Of a DNA stretch of 64,000 nucleotides, positions 37,268-46,636 are shown in pieces. The DNA is from a virus (taxonomy: Duplodnaviria; Caudoviricetes). A model generated the notes under the pieces. That model searched no databases and was not told the DNA's origin. It worked only from the letters and a program-made list of their open reading frames with translations. Each line of letters begins with the position of its first letter. Within the stretch, counting starts at the first letter, position 1. Position numbers and translations under genes: made by a program. Where the stretch lies: positions 128,001-192,000 of the IMG/VR virus record IMGVR_UViG_3300017565_000002; one strand, 5' to 3'.

Positions 37268-38170
37268 ATGAGCGAAAAAGATATGGGTATTAGAAGATAT
37301 CGTAACTGGTATCCAACGGTAGAAACGTACGAATACTTACTCAGCTCCAAATATTCAAAACACATACTAAGCGAAATGATGCCTAATTCGAAAAATCCCC
37401 CACCAGCTAGAATGATACAGTATAACCACCTGCTATACTTCATGCAATTCTACGATACGGATGGGATATTTGCACAGTCGTATTCCAATCTCATCCGCGA
37501 CTTGGATGAAAATCCTGGCGTGTGGGATAACGCTCATTTCATGACGAGGTTGCTCGATGTATTTGCCACTGAACGTTTCAGGAATGCAGTTAAACAGTTG
37601 GTTGATCTCAATTTCTTCACAACATCCTCGGATACTCAAATGATGGCTTCAAGTATGCGGAAAATAAAGCAAAAACTACATCCTGAATGGAGCTATTCAG
37701 CCGACCAACTATTGTATCTGAGTTTTACATTAAGGATGTTACAGGATGTGTATGCACGCTATAGATATTATGAAACACGATTTGGTTCGAAAGCATTCGG
37801 TGAAGGAGAGTATGGTCAACATCTCTATCAGTTTAATTTGGCTCTATTGAAAATGATTTTACCGGTGCGTCCAGACATGGATTATGCCACATTACTCGAT
37901 CACTGCAAAGTGTGTATTAGGGGTCATGTGGTTGGCAACTATTTCATGAGAACACAGCCTGTGCCTAAAATTGCCGATGCGCTTGCTGTGATAATGATAA
38001 TGGAACTTCCGGAGTATCTTAGCCTTGACAAACCGGGCATTTATGGTGCCATGATGGCATGGTTAAAAGGTGCTCTACCATTTAGACTTACAGCACAACT
38101 AAGAGACAAGGATTCGACACTCGGGGCACCTGACGAAGTGTTGAGGGATAAAAAAGATGGCCAAAATTAA
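37268..38170 (+). CDS. Second diverged paralog of the gp226-like specificity subunit, 300 aa
   Basis: FMQFYDTDGIFAQSYSNL aligns with FMAYYDDDKELITCYVNM of the 12572 ORF; downstream helices keep register. Confidence 0.55.
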   Translation: MSEKDMGIRRYRNWYPTVETYEYLLSSKYSKHILSEMMPNSKNPPPARMIQYNHLLYFMQFYDTDGIFAQSYSNLIRDLDENPGVWDNAHFMTRLLDVFATERFRNAVKQLVDLNFFTTSSDTQMMASSMRKIKQKLHPEWSYSADQLLYLSFTLRMLQDVYARYRYYETRFGSKAFGEGEYGQHLYQFNLALLKMILPVRPDMDYATLLDHCKVCIRGHVVGNYFMRTQPVPKIADALAVIMIMELPEYLSLDKPGIYGAMMAWLKGALPFRLTAQLRDKDSTLGAPDEVLRDKKDGQN

Positions 38171-38573
38171 ATGTGATATTCGTAAAATGATTGGCACGCT
38201 CGGCGAGCCAGATAATAGCAATAAACAGCCGGTGGTCGCCATTGTCTCATGGAACGATGGGGATGAAAAGGTAAATATTCGTCACCAGAATATTGTAGAT
38301 GGGATGCTTCTTAAGGGTATCTCCCTAAGCTTCGAGGAGACAACACAGTTGATCTACAGGCTTTTGGGGAGCGAAGACATCGAATATGACCCAGATATGG
38401 CAATTCAATTGATTCAAAATCATATTTCACAGAGACAAAAGAATTCTAAAGATGATGTCCCATCCGATGAAGATGAGGTGGATATCAGCCAACTCATGAT
38501 GTCATTGGATCTAGAGGATAAGCCTTACGCGCGAACAGAGAGTGGTCATATCAAATTGGTAAGACGGAGGTAA
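38157..38573 (+). CDS. PC4/YdbC-like ssDNA-binding protein
   Basis: IGTLGE...VAIVSWNDG..KVNIR...KGISLSFEE pattern of the YdbC/PC4 fold. Confidence 0.65.
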   Translation: MAKIKCDIRKMIGTLGEPDNSNKQPVVAIVSWNDGDEKVNIRHQNIVDGMLLKGISLSFEETTQLIYRLLGSEDIEYDPDMAIQLIQNHISQRQKNSKDDVPSDEDEVDISQLMMSLDLEDKPYARTESGHIKLVRRR

Positions 38574-38615
38574 TTCTCCCGTCTTACCTTTATTTTTTAT
38601 AAAGGAGAATCAGAG

Positions 38616-39689
38616 ATGCTTCATAAAATTATCAACATGCATCGAATCAAGTTCGATGTATTGAATGAAATCTTGACACCATTGCAGCACCATCGGATGG
38701 TTAATATTCATATCGATTTACACAGCATTTTGGCTGATCTATATAGGGCTGATAATTACGAAGAGAGTAATTGGCTAGATACAAATAATACAGTGGCTAT
38801 ATCATCTTGTATTATTAACCTCGTAGCCCACTACCGTCTCTTCTTTCATAAACACTACAGGGCATCTGTGCGTGTATTCTTCTATTTTGCAGATGAAATT
38901 CCTCGAAATAATGCAGAATATCTGCCCGACTATGGCAGTCTATTCTTTGACAAGTATCGGAAAGACAACGAGAAGTTTAAACCTGTCAACCATGAAGTGT
39001 TTGGGAATCTGAAATTGTGTAAAGCAATAATGCCTTACATACCGGGCGCATACTACATCGATTGTCAGAATATTGAGCCGATTGTGGCGGCAACTCATTT
39101 CATGATGAAATACAACGAACCTAACGTTGTTATCACAAAAGATCCATACTGGTTCCAGTGTGTTAATGTTTTATCACCTACGGTAATCTTACGACTAAAA
39201 CGAGATGATTCCTATCTTGTGACAGTCAGAAATCTCTATCAAGTATTATTCCCCAAAGGAACTGCATATGAGGTCAAGTATATCCTCCCCGATATGCTAT
39301 CGATTGTCTTCTCTTTTAGCGGGATCTCATCCAGAGATATAAAGGGAGTTCCGGGATACGGCTATGTCAAGATCTGCAAAATGTTAGACATGGCTATTGA
39401 TCGACACCGAATAACACCGGGCTATACCCATATCAAAAATATATTAGATGAAATCTACTCTGGACCAGATCAAGAGACACTTATCAACACCTTCAAGGCT
39501 ATCGATCTGAGGTTTCAGATGAATGAATTAACCTCTGCTCAGAAAGAGAAGCTTAATAGTTGTATTGTGTATCGATACAACCGGAAAGATCTTCTCGGGC
39601 TGAACCAGAAATACTATACGGGGGAGAATTCATTAATGCTTCAAGAACTTTTCATAAATGTAGGGAAGTTCGATACATTATCATGGTAG
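38616..39689 (+). CDS. 5'-3' exonuclease/RNase H-like (FEN superfamily) protein, divergent
   Basis: IHIDLHSI N-motif, ITKDP, helix-turn-helix DIKGVPGYGYVK. Confidence 0.6.
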   Translation: MLHKIINMHRIKFDVLNEILTPLQHHRMVNIHIDLHSILADLYRADNYEESNWLDTNNTVAISSCIINLVAHYRLFFHKHYRASVRVFFYFADEIPRNNAEYLPDYGSLFFDKYRKDNEKFKPVNHEVFGNLKLCKAIMPYIPGAYYIDCQNIEPIVAATHFMMKYNEPNVVITKDPYWFQCVNVLSPTVILRLKRDDSYLVTVRNLYQVLFPKGTAYEVKYILPDMLSIVFSFSGISSRDIKGVPGYGYVKICKMLDMAIDRHRITPGYTHIKNILDEIYSGPDQETLINTFKAIDLRFQMNELTSAQKEKLNSCIVYRYNRKDLLGLNQKYYTGENSLMLQELFINVGKFDTLSW

Positions 39690-39700
39690 GAGGAGAATAA

Positions 39701-40921
39701 ATGCTACGACCGGTTGGTGAGTTGTATAGCTATCGTTATACAATCTCAGATATCAAGGTTACTGTCAAAGGATCGAATGAGAATCCGGTTATTCTATCCC
39801 AGAATGTACGATCAATCTTGATATCCCATCAGTATAAAAACAATATTATTCCTACAATACAGGTGACGGCAGCAGTTGAGAAGAATTTGTATACGCTCCT
39901 ATCCTCATCGGATAAAGAGATATCCATGCTTATTATTATCCATAAGTATGCAAAAGATTCAACCTCAAAGGCAAAGGAGCTTGTACTCTCTAAGACTTTC
40001 TCTGTATTCAACGAGAGTGATTTCCAACCGGACGAGATGAAGACCTTGTACGGGGATGAGGAACAATCCGATGGGTCGATAGATGGATCAACCACTCAGC
40101 AACTAATGAGTTCTTCTTTCTATCTGGTTGATACTGACGTATTGACACGCTATCGAGTTGTCCGATCTCTCTCGGCCAAGTCATCTACCATTACAGATAC
40201 CATTGGTGCGTTATTTGCATCAAGAGGATTTAAGTCGTTACTGATGAATAAAGTTCCTGAGGATAAGCAGCAGCCGATATTTATTCCATCATATAATCTA
40301 TATGGCTCTCTGGAATATCTGAATAATATGTATGGCATCTTCAATACAGAGTACATCTTCTACATGGATATGACTGAAAATTATCTGCTGGATAAAACCT
40401 CTTTAGGAAAAGCAGTTCGGGAAGGGAAACCTTCAACTGTGAATATGTATCTAGAGGAGTTTTCATCTGTGGAGTCAGCAGATTCCGGATCGACAATCCA
40501 TAATGGAGCATTTGTTATTAACTTGGAGCAACCACCCGTTATCAATAAGATTGACACTCACAGTGAATATGTCGAAGGTACAAATATCATCGGGGTAAAT
40601 ACAGAGGGTGATATCACACGATTAGAGGGACAAGAGAATGGGTTAGACCGGATGGTAATGGGGTATAATAAAAAAATCTTCCGGCAGTTACAGTACAATA
40701 CCAAAGAGAAACTGCACATCATTGCTGTAAACCTTAACGATATTGATATCACAGCAATTGCCCCTAATCTTCTATATACGATCACTGCTCACTCGAAGTT
40801 TCAGTCTGCAAATCCCATTAGTGGGAAGTACAGATTGAATGAAGCTACGATCATAATGAATAAAGAGACAGATAGTGATTTCGTGCTTCAGTGTAGCGCG
40901 ATGTTTATGAAACTACAGTAA
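39701..40921 (+). CDS. Probable virion (tail/baseplate) protein, 406 aa
   Basis: AGGAGG RBS; beta-rich, ends GKYRLNE...CSAMFMK like hub-fold proteins. Confidence 0.5.
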   Translation: MLRPVGELYSYRYTISDIKVTVKGSNENPVILSQNVRSILISHQYKNNIIPTIQVTAAVEKNLYTLLSSSDKEISMLIIIHKYAKDSTSKAKELVLSKTFSVFNESDFQPDEMKTLYGDEEQSDGSIDGSTTQQLMSSSFYLVDTDVLTRYRVVRSLSAKSSTITDTIGALFASRGFKSLLMNKVPEDKQQPIFIPSYNLYGSLEYLNNMYGIFNTEYIFYMDMTENYLLDKTSLGKAVREGKPSTVNMYLEEFSSVESADSGSTIHNGAFVINLEQPPVINKIDTHSEYVEGTNIIGVNTEGDITRLEGQENGLDRMVMGYNKKIFRQLQYNTKEKLHIIAVNLNDIDITAIAPNLLYTITAHSKFQSANPISGKYRLNEATIIMNKETDSDFVLQCSAMFMKLQ

Positions 40922-40960
40922 AGCTGAGAGGGAATCTCCCCTCTCAGCCTTTCTTTTTTT
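40921..40960. terminator. Bidirectional terminator
   Basis: GCTGAGAGGG / CCCTCTCAGC stem plus T-run. Confidence 0.8.
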
Positions 40961-41948
40961 GTGATCTTAACGCTGCTGACAGACATCTAACATAATCGTT
41001 ATATGCTGTCTCCATGGTTAACATTCGTGCACCGTTAACCTCATAGCATGCTCGGGCATACACCTGACGACTATTGGCCAAATTCTTGACACCCGTAGCT
41101 GTCTTTTCTCCTTCATTACCACCTGATTTAGCTGGATCATCCGATTTGTTTTCTTCTTTCTCCACATCACCTGACGTGGCAGGTTTGTCCTCAGTATCCT
41201 CCAGCATAAGCATGATGGATTCCATAATGAAGCTCGTTTCATTGATGGGTGCAGTCTTCACCTTACCGGCAGCCCTACCAATGATTTCAATTAGCTTTTT
41301 ATTCTGAGCAATTACCTTATTTGCATTCTGTTCGTAGTTTTCCACATACTGAATCATACCAGCCATATGACTCAATAATGTCTTTTTGTCTACGATGATT
41401 TTACTGGATTTCCCCCGGAAATAGGTCTTAGGATCATAGACTGTTTTGCCGTCTACCTGAATATAGAACTCTTTGAAGTATTTTTCCTGAAAGGTGGATT
41501 CGGATGAAAGAGAGTTCATAAACTCCTCATTCGATTCTTGAAATTCCGGGATTTGGTACGAGACAAGTTTAGATAGGTTCGTCCAGTATGGATACATTTC
41601 GTATTTGAAGTTATCGGCTACATTCGCATCTGCTAACTGAGACTTAACCCTTGTAACCCATTTCTTATTTCTCCCTGTTAATGATGCGACCAAGTGTTCA
41701 AACTTCCGTGTCAGCTTCTCAATGATCTCAACAATCCGTTTGAGTGCATTTGACAGGTTAGTTCTGATCTTAGCCGCGTCTTCAGTCAGGAGTTGAGTTT
41801 CCATTATGATATTTACACATGACAATGCAGAACCTTTGATTTCTAACATATAAGCTTCCCGTATGACATCCATGTAAGCAAATTCAAGCTCAAAGGAGGA
41901 GTAAGACTCCTCCAATGAGGTAGCTGGGAAGTCGAGTACCATATGCAT
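40944..41948 (-). CDS. Internal head protein paralog 1
   Basis: LLTE-D site followed by the amphipathic helix ALKRIVEIIEKLTRKF shared across the cluster. Confidence 0.65.
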   Translation of the reverse strand: MHMVLDFPATSLEESYSSFELEFAYMDVIREAYMLEIKGSALSCVNIIMETQLLTEDAAKIRTNLSNALKRIVEIIEKLTRKFEHLVASLTGRNKKWVTRVKSQLADANVADNFKYEMYPYWTNLSKLVSYQIPEFQESNEEFMNSLSSESTFQEKYFKEFYIQVDGKTVYDPKTYFRGKSSKIIVDKKTLLSHMAGMIQYVENYEQNANKVIAQNKKLIEIIGRAAGKVKTAPINETSFIMESIMLMLEDTEDKPATSGDVEKEENKSDDPAKSGGNEGEKTATGVKNLANSRQVYARACYEVNGARMLTMETAYNDYVRCLSAALRSQKKKG

Positions 41949-41966
41949 ATCAATCTCTCCCTACGC

Positions 41967-42725
41967 TTAAGATGTGCTGGAAATAAATTTGACTGTAGAT
42001 ACAGGTATAGCAGTAGGTGAGTCAAATTCTTTGGAGCCAGCACGATGAGTATAGCAGAAGTATTTTCCGGTCTCAGCATTCTTACCGAAGGAACACTCCG
42101 TTTCGCCATACTTTGCTTTAACTGCTTCTCTTTCATCTGGTGTCAGAGGTACAATTTCGCGCTTACGCTTCTTACGGCGGGTGGCCTCTTGGATTAACTC
42201 TACCCGTTCGGAACCAATGATACTTTCCAAAACGGATAAATCGTTAAACTCTTTCTCGGCGGCTCCTGTGTATACACCCTTGTAAACTTTAGTCTTCTTC
42301 GACCCGATGAAAGAGAGTGCTTCTTTACGATGATGACCATCGATCAGAATAGCTTTCCCATCAGATTGAGGTGTAATGCCGTGGAGTTTATCAACGACTA
42401 CCAATGGGTAATTATTGTCTCCACCTTCTTGTTTTATCGTAGAAGCAATTTCGAATACCTTGGTGTTATTGACCGGTTTATCAATACCCTCGATATTTTC
42501 AACATCCATCGTTGCTTCCGACCATTTATAATTCTTGGCAAAACTCAGTGCAGCTTCTACGTTGGGCTCATCGTATTCGTGACTTGTCGCAACGCCGTAA
42601 GCAACTGCTTTTCCAATTGGGTCATTCTTAAATGCGTCTTCCAATACAGGAATCTTCCCAGCCTTATTACGTTTAGTAGGAAGTTCTTTTGCTTCACGTA
42701 GCAGATTACTAAACATCCGAAACAC
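41967..42725 (-). CDS. ParB/Srx-like domain protein in the head cluster
   Basis: YPLVVV...ILIDGHHRKEAL motif; MF N-terminus and LLRE-A site. Confidence 0.65.
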   Translation of the reverse strand: MFRMFSNLLREAKELPTKRNKAGKIPVLEDAFKNDPIGKAVAYGVATSHEYDEPNVEAALSFAKNYKWSEATMDVENIEGIDKPVNNTKVFEIASTIKQEGGDNNYPLVVVDKLHGITPQSDGKAILIDGHHRKEALSFIGSKKTKVYKGVYTGAAEKEFNDLSVLESIIGSERVELIQEATRRKKRKREIVPLTPDEREAVKAKYGETECSFGKNAETGKYFCYTHRAGSKEFDSPTAIPVSTVKFISSTS

Positions 42726-42729
42726 CTCT

Positions 42730-43665
42730 TTACTTATTATTTAAGGACTTTTCGTGCTGTATGGCCAAATCTAAGATGTTAAACATCTGGTGATGGCCGT
42801 ATAAGATTGCGCCAAGGAATTTATGACACAATTGAATGATGCCGTTATACATATCTTGTAGGAAGCCAAGACGTTTATTGATGTCTCCTGCATCCACCGG
42901 CCCGGATTTTACTGCATTGTGGAATCGGTTAGAGGTGTCATCCATCTTACTGGCAATTTGGTTAGCCAGTGTTTGTATCTGATTAATCTCGGAACCGATG
43001 CCCTTTATATAGTATTCGGTCATATGGTTAAGATCCAGAGAAGCAATGGATACTTTCCGGAGCTGCCCAAAGATTGTCGCTTCAAGACTATGCCCATTTA
43101 TCATGTACGATTTATTACCAAAGATAAAGGTTAAAGCGCCATTGACAATGTGGACAACGTTTTGACCACCCAAGGTAAACTCTTGGTTGAAAGGATAGTT
43201 TCCGGGTCTACCTTCGGCAATTGAATCACAGTATCTGAGGATACGGTCGATTGCTTCGTAGAACCGTTTGAAGTTGATTGCTGGTTTATCGAGAACACTG
43301 GGTGCAGAGATGTAGATAATATGCGGGTCTGTCTTCCCTCGTTCTTGGTAGCTTTGAATCAAGTGTCTATTTTTCATGATATAAGCCATATTATCTTCTT
43401 TTCTACCACGGATTTTCTCGACCAGATTGCGGAAGAATGCCTTGACGATATTGATAATCCGTTTGAAGAATGCTTTGATTTTAGCGGCCAAACCATCTGA
43501 GGCCTCTTCCGCCGCTGATTCAGTGAGCAGCTGTTTAGCCGTCGTACTGATCAGTGAGATCGCTTCGTAAATATCACACACATCGACAGTGCTTTCGAAA
43601 AAAGCCAGCTCAGTTTCGAGCTGGCCTTCCCGTATCAGTTGGATACGTTCTGCCAAGTTATCCAT
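42730..43665 (-). CDS. Internal head protein paralog 2
   Basis: LLTE-S site, helix KIKAFFKRIINIVKAFF. Confidence 0.65.
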   Translation of the reverse strand: MDNLAERIQLIREGQLETELAFFESTVDVCDIYEAISLISTTAKQLLTESAAEEASDGLAAKIKAFFKRIINIVKAFFRNLVEKIRGRKEDNMAYIMKNRHLIQSYQERGKTDPHIIYISAPSVLDKPAINFKRFYEAIDRILRYCDSIAEGRPGNYPFNQEFTLGGQNVVHIVNGALTFIFGNKSYMINGHSLEATIFGQLRKVSIASLDLNHMTEYYIKGIGSEINQIQTLANQIASKMDDTSNRFHNAVKSGPVDAGDINKRLGFLQDMYNGIIQLCHKFLGAILYGHHQMFNILDLAIQHEKSLNNK

Positions 43666-43688
43666 TAATGTAACTCCCCTTCCAAAGT

Positions 43689-44375
43689 TTAGGTAAGGCC
43701 CTCCAAGTATCCACCGCTATAGAATAACCCTGCATCGATGATTACATTCTGTGGAACTTTTTCTGCTAAGGATTTTATTTTCTCAACCACTTTCCGTTCG
43801 TCGTAGTGTGCGCTGATACCTTTAATAACAAAGTAGAACGTCTTAATCTTTGCAATGTCACTCGGTCTAACCAGTGTAGATTTCTTGCTCGTTCCGGCAT
43901 TTCCAACCTTTAAGATTGTATCCACGAATTGAGAGCAGAAATAAGATTCTCCATCTTCGCCTCTCTTGTGAGGAATTTTGAATGCATTATAGAGTAACCC
44001 GATAAAGTTGTATTTCATTTCTCTAGATGTATTTTCCTCGGTTAAATCCATTAGTCTGTCTAACATCGCATCTCGCTCTTGCTTAGGTATAAACGAAACG
44101 TATAGCGCATAATTTGTACCCGGAGAGAATAAATCAATGTCTGTGAAATTCTCTTTCGCAAATCCACCAACCAATCGATTAATCTGCGAAAGTTTGCCTG
44201 ATCCAAAGCTATACATATTCTTTAGCGATGAATCAAACGAGATCGATACATGTGAATAGGTTTCACCTGTGACTCGTCTTATGATGTTTGAAACTGTGGA
44301 GCCTGAACGGCTCATAACGACGAATACTGGGTGATGTTCTCCGACTGGAGAATTATTCACAATGTCTGCGAACAC
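43689..44375 (-). CDS. Permuted papain-like NlpC/P60 (YiiX-like) amidase
   Basis: YSHVSISFD (His), YNFIGLL, YFCSQFV (Cys) in permuted order. Confidence 0.85.
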   Translation of the reverse strand: MFADIVNNSPVGEHHPVFVVMSRSGSTVSNIIRRVTGETYSHVSISFDSSLKNMYSFGSGKLSQINRLVGGFAKENFTDIDLFSPGTNYALYVSFIPKQERDAMLDRLMDLTEENTSREMKYNFIGLLYNAFKIPHKRGEDGESYFCSQFVDTILKVGNAGTSKKSTLVRPSDIAKIKTFYFVIKGISAHYDERKVVEKIKSLAEKVPQNVIIDAGLFYSGGYLEGLT

Positions 44376-44392
44376 AGTAAATCAACTTCCTT

Positions 44393-45343
44393 TCATCCTT
44401 GAATTAGGTAGATAATCTGTCGGATTGTGTCTCGTTGACGCTCGTACTTTTCCTTCAGAGCAGCGATCTTAGCGTCAAATACTGAGGAATATATCTTTAC
44501 AATATCCATGATGAAATTTGTGAGTACCGATTGATACTCTCGGTACATTCCGCCTTCCACCACGTTTACTGTAAATGGCGCATTGGTCGATGGCTTTACC
44601 GTTACATCATACGATCCAGAGCTAAACTCTAAAGAGTAGATGCGACCGATTTGTGCTTTATAGTCTATAAGAATACTATTGATCATCCGATGGGAGGATC
44701 GAACAGCTTTCTTGGCTACCTCATAAGTACGAAGATCTGCAATTTGTGCCATCAAATCTTCTCTGGTCAATTTGGTTTCGTATTCAGCAGATGATGGTTT
44801 GAATACCTTCTTGAGCACATCATCGAATTGTCCCTCGGCAACGGGACCGTTTACACCCATGATTTGTGCTCGAATGAGTGGGAGGTTATCCTGTATTTGA
44901 TCCTTGAGGTCTTTCAATGCCTTAGAATCAACCTTCCCACCCATAACAGCCATGGCTGACGTAATAACATCTAAGCTAATCGTGGCTGGTACGGTATTGG
45001 TAAGATTGTATTCTACCTTACGATATCGGATGGATTCAATCTTTTTGTCATCCATCTTCTGAAGAAGAGGTTCATATTTCTTCAAGAGCGATTCCGTCGT
45101 CCGTACCGTCACATCCAGAAGTGCGGTAATTCTTTCATAGGTAGATTTGATATAGTATATGATAGCGTCAATCATCTGGATAAACTTTTGTTTAATAAAG
45201 GAAGTTTCATGAAGAATTGCGATACGTCCGGTTTCGTTGAAGCATTGGACCCCTAATGTATACTCTTCGTAAGATTCTCTAAGGAGATCTGTCAGATTCA
45301 AGGATTCATTCAACACCGGTTCACTTGGATGATAACCAAACAT
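44393..45343 (-). CDS. Internal head protein paralog 3
   Basis: GGGAGG RBS before MFGYH; ILHE-T site plus amphipathic helix. Confidence 0.65.
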   Translation of the reverse strand: MFGYHPSEPVLNESLNLTDLLRESYEEYTLGVQCFNETGRIAILHETSFIKQKFIQMIDAIIYYIKSTYERITALLDVTVRTTESLLKKYEPLLQKMDDKKIESIRYRKVEYNLTNTVPATISLDVITSAMAVMGGKVDSKALKDLKDQIQDNLPLIRAQIMGVNGPVAEGQFDDVLKKVFKPSSAEYETKLTREDLMAQIADLRTYEVAKKAVRSSHRMINSILIDYKAQIGRIYSLEFSSGSYDVTVKPSTNAPFTVNVVEGGMYREYQSVLTNFIMDIVKIYSSVFDAKIAALKEKYERQRDTIRQIIYLIQG

Positions 45344-45367
45344 ATTCAAGCCTCCCAACTTGCATGT

Positions 45368-45379
45368 TAATGCAATGTT
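45368..45379 (-). promoter_or_regulatory. Putative late promoter AACA-N6-TA
   Basis: Minus strand AACA-ttgcat-TA. Confidence 0.55.
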
Positions 45380-45428
45380 TTATTTATCGAAATAGAACAC
45401 ACTACCTCTGGAAGGTAGTGTGTATCCG

Positions 45429-46592
45429 TTAAATAATTCCGATCAACCCTACACCTTTTATTGTATGATCATCCAAGTCCAAGTAGGCGGTGTAAGGTTC
45501 AATGAATGCATTTTCGGTTACTTCTTCCGCGTTCTCATTCACTGGGTTTGTCAACGCATTATTCTTATATCGATAGGCATAGACGATAAATCGTCTAGCT
45601 TCGGTATATTGCTCAAGAATTGCATTGATCTTTACTTGAGTCAATCGTGTATACACCAGCATGGCGGTGTTTATAATCCTAATCCGTGCTCGGTGATAAG
45701 CGATTCGCTCAGTTGCCAATATACGAGGATTTCCGTTATAAATATTCTTGGATCGATTATCGATCGATATTGCATTCATGAGATTTGACTGGAGTTCATG
45801 GACTTGGCGTACAAGCTCACCATGTACCCGATTGATATCCGCTTGAGCCCGTGAGACATTCTCCACGATTGTAAACAGATCCGGCGTGAATAATACCGGC
45901 TTACGTTTACTATTATTCCGAAGTGCTTTATTTGCACTATCTTGGAGATCGTCAAGCGATTTTGCATTTGTAGCGAAGATGATGTTAGCTGCCTTATTGA
46001 TCAGGTAGCCGTCATCAATCTTTTCGACGGTTTTTACATTATCCGATAAATGTTTCTTTTTGTCGTCGGGTAATGTGTCGCTGAATTCTTCCGTCAGGTC
46101 ATACTTGAAATCAGAGTAGAGCGTTCCCCAGCTACCTTCGATCTTTGTTAGATCGATTGCGCGGAAGTTGTACTCATGCATCTCGGCTTTCAATGTCCTA
46201 ATTACACTACGCGGGTTATTGTATAACTCGGTAAGTACAGGACGCATTTCTTGGAAAATCTTTTTGTCAGATAGCAACTTAGTTTGAATCTTTGCTATGA
46301 TCATATTGAAGAATTTGACGATCCAATTTTTGATTGCGTCGAGGATCTTTAAGAGTTTCTTATAGACACCATCGACTGCGCCTTCCATAATCAAATCTGC
46401 TTGCTCGTTAATTATCCCACCCGTCTCATTAAGCACTTCAGTCATCCGTTGACGATAAAAACTGACCGCAGTATTTAAACTGCGGTCAGCCTCTGTCACC
46501 AGGATTTCGAAGTCGCTTGTATCAAAGTCGAGCCTGCTATCCAGACCAACTACTTTGACGGGATCACCCATTTGCGCTTCAAAATCAAACAT
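45429..46592 (-). CDS. Internal head protein paralog 4
   Basis: Close paralog of 46637 (DFDTSDF/NFDSSDF, AEMHEY/AEVHEY); LIME-G site. Confidence 0.7.
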   Translation of the reverse strand: MFDFEAQMGDPVKVVGLDSRLDFDTSDFEILVTEADRSLNTAVSFYRQRMTEVLNETGGIINEQADLIMEGAVDGVYKKLLKILDAIKNWIVKFFNMIIAKIQTKLLSDKKIFQEMRPVLTELYNNPRSVIRTLKAEMHEYNFRAIDLTKIEGSWGTLYSDFKYDLTEEFSDTLPDDKKKHLSDNVKTVEKIDDGYLINKAANIIFATNAKSLDDLQDSANKALRNNSKRKPVLFTPDLFTIVENVSRAQADINRVHGELVRQVHELQSNLMNAISIDNRSKNIYNGNPRILATERIAYHRARIRIINTAMLVYTRLTQVKINAILEQYTEARRFIVYAYRYKNNALTNPVNENAEEVTENAFIEPYTAYLDLDDHTIKGVGLIGII

Positions 46593-46636
46593 GGTGGAAA
46601 CCCTCCTATTATGTGATAGGCCGGCCAGTGTTTAAC

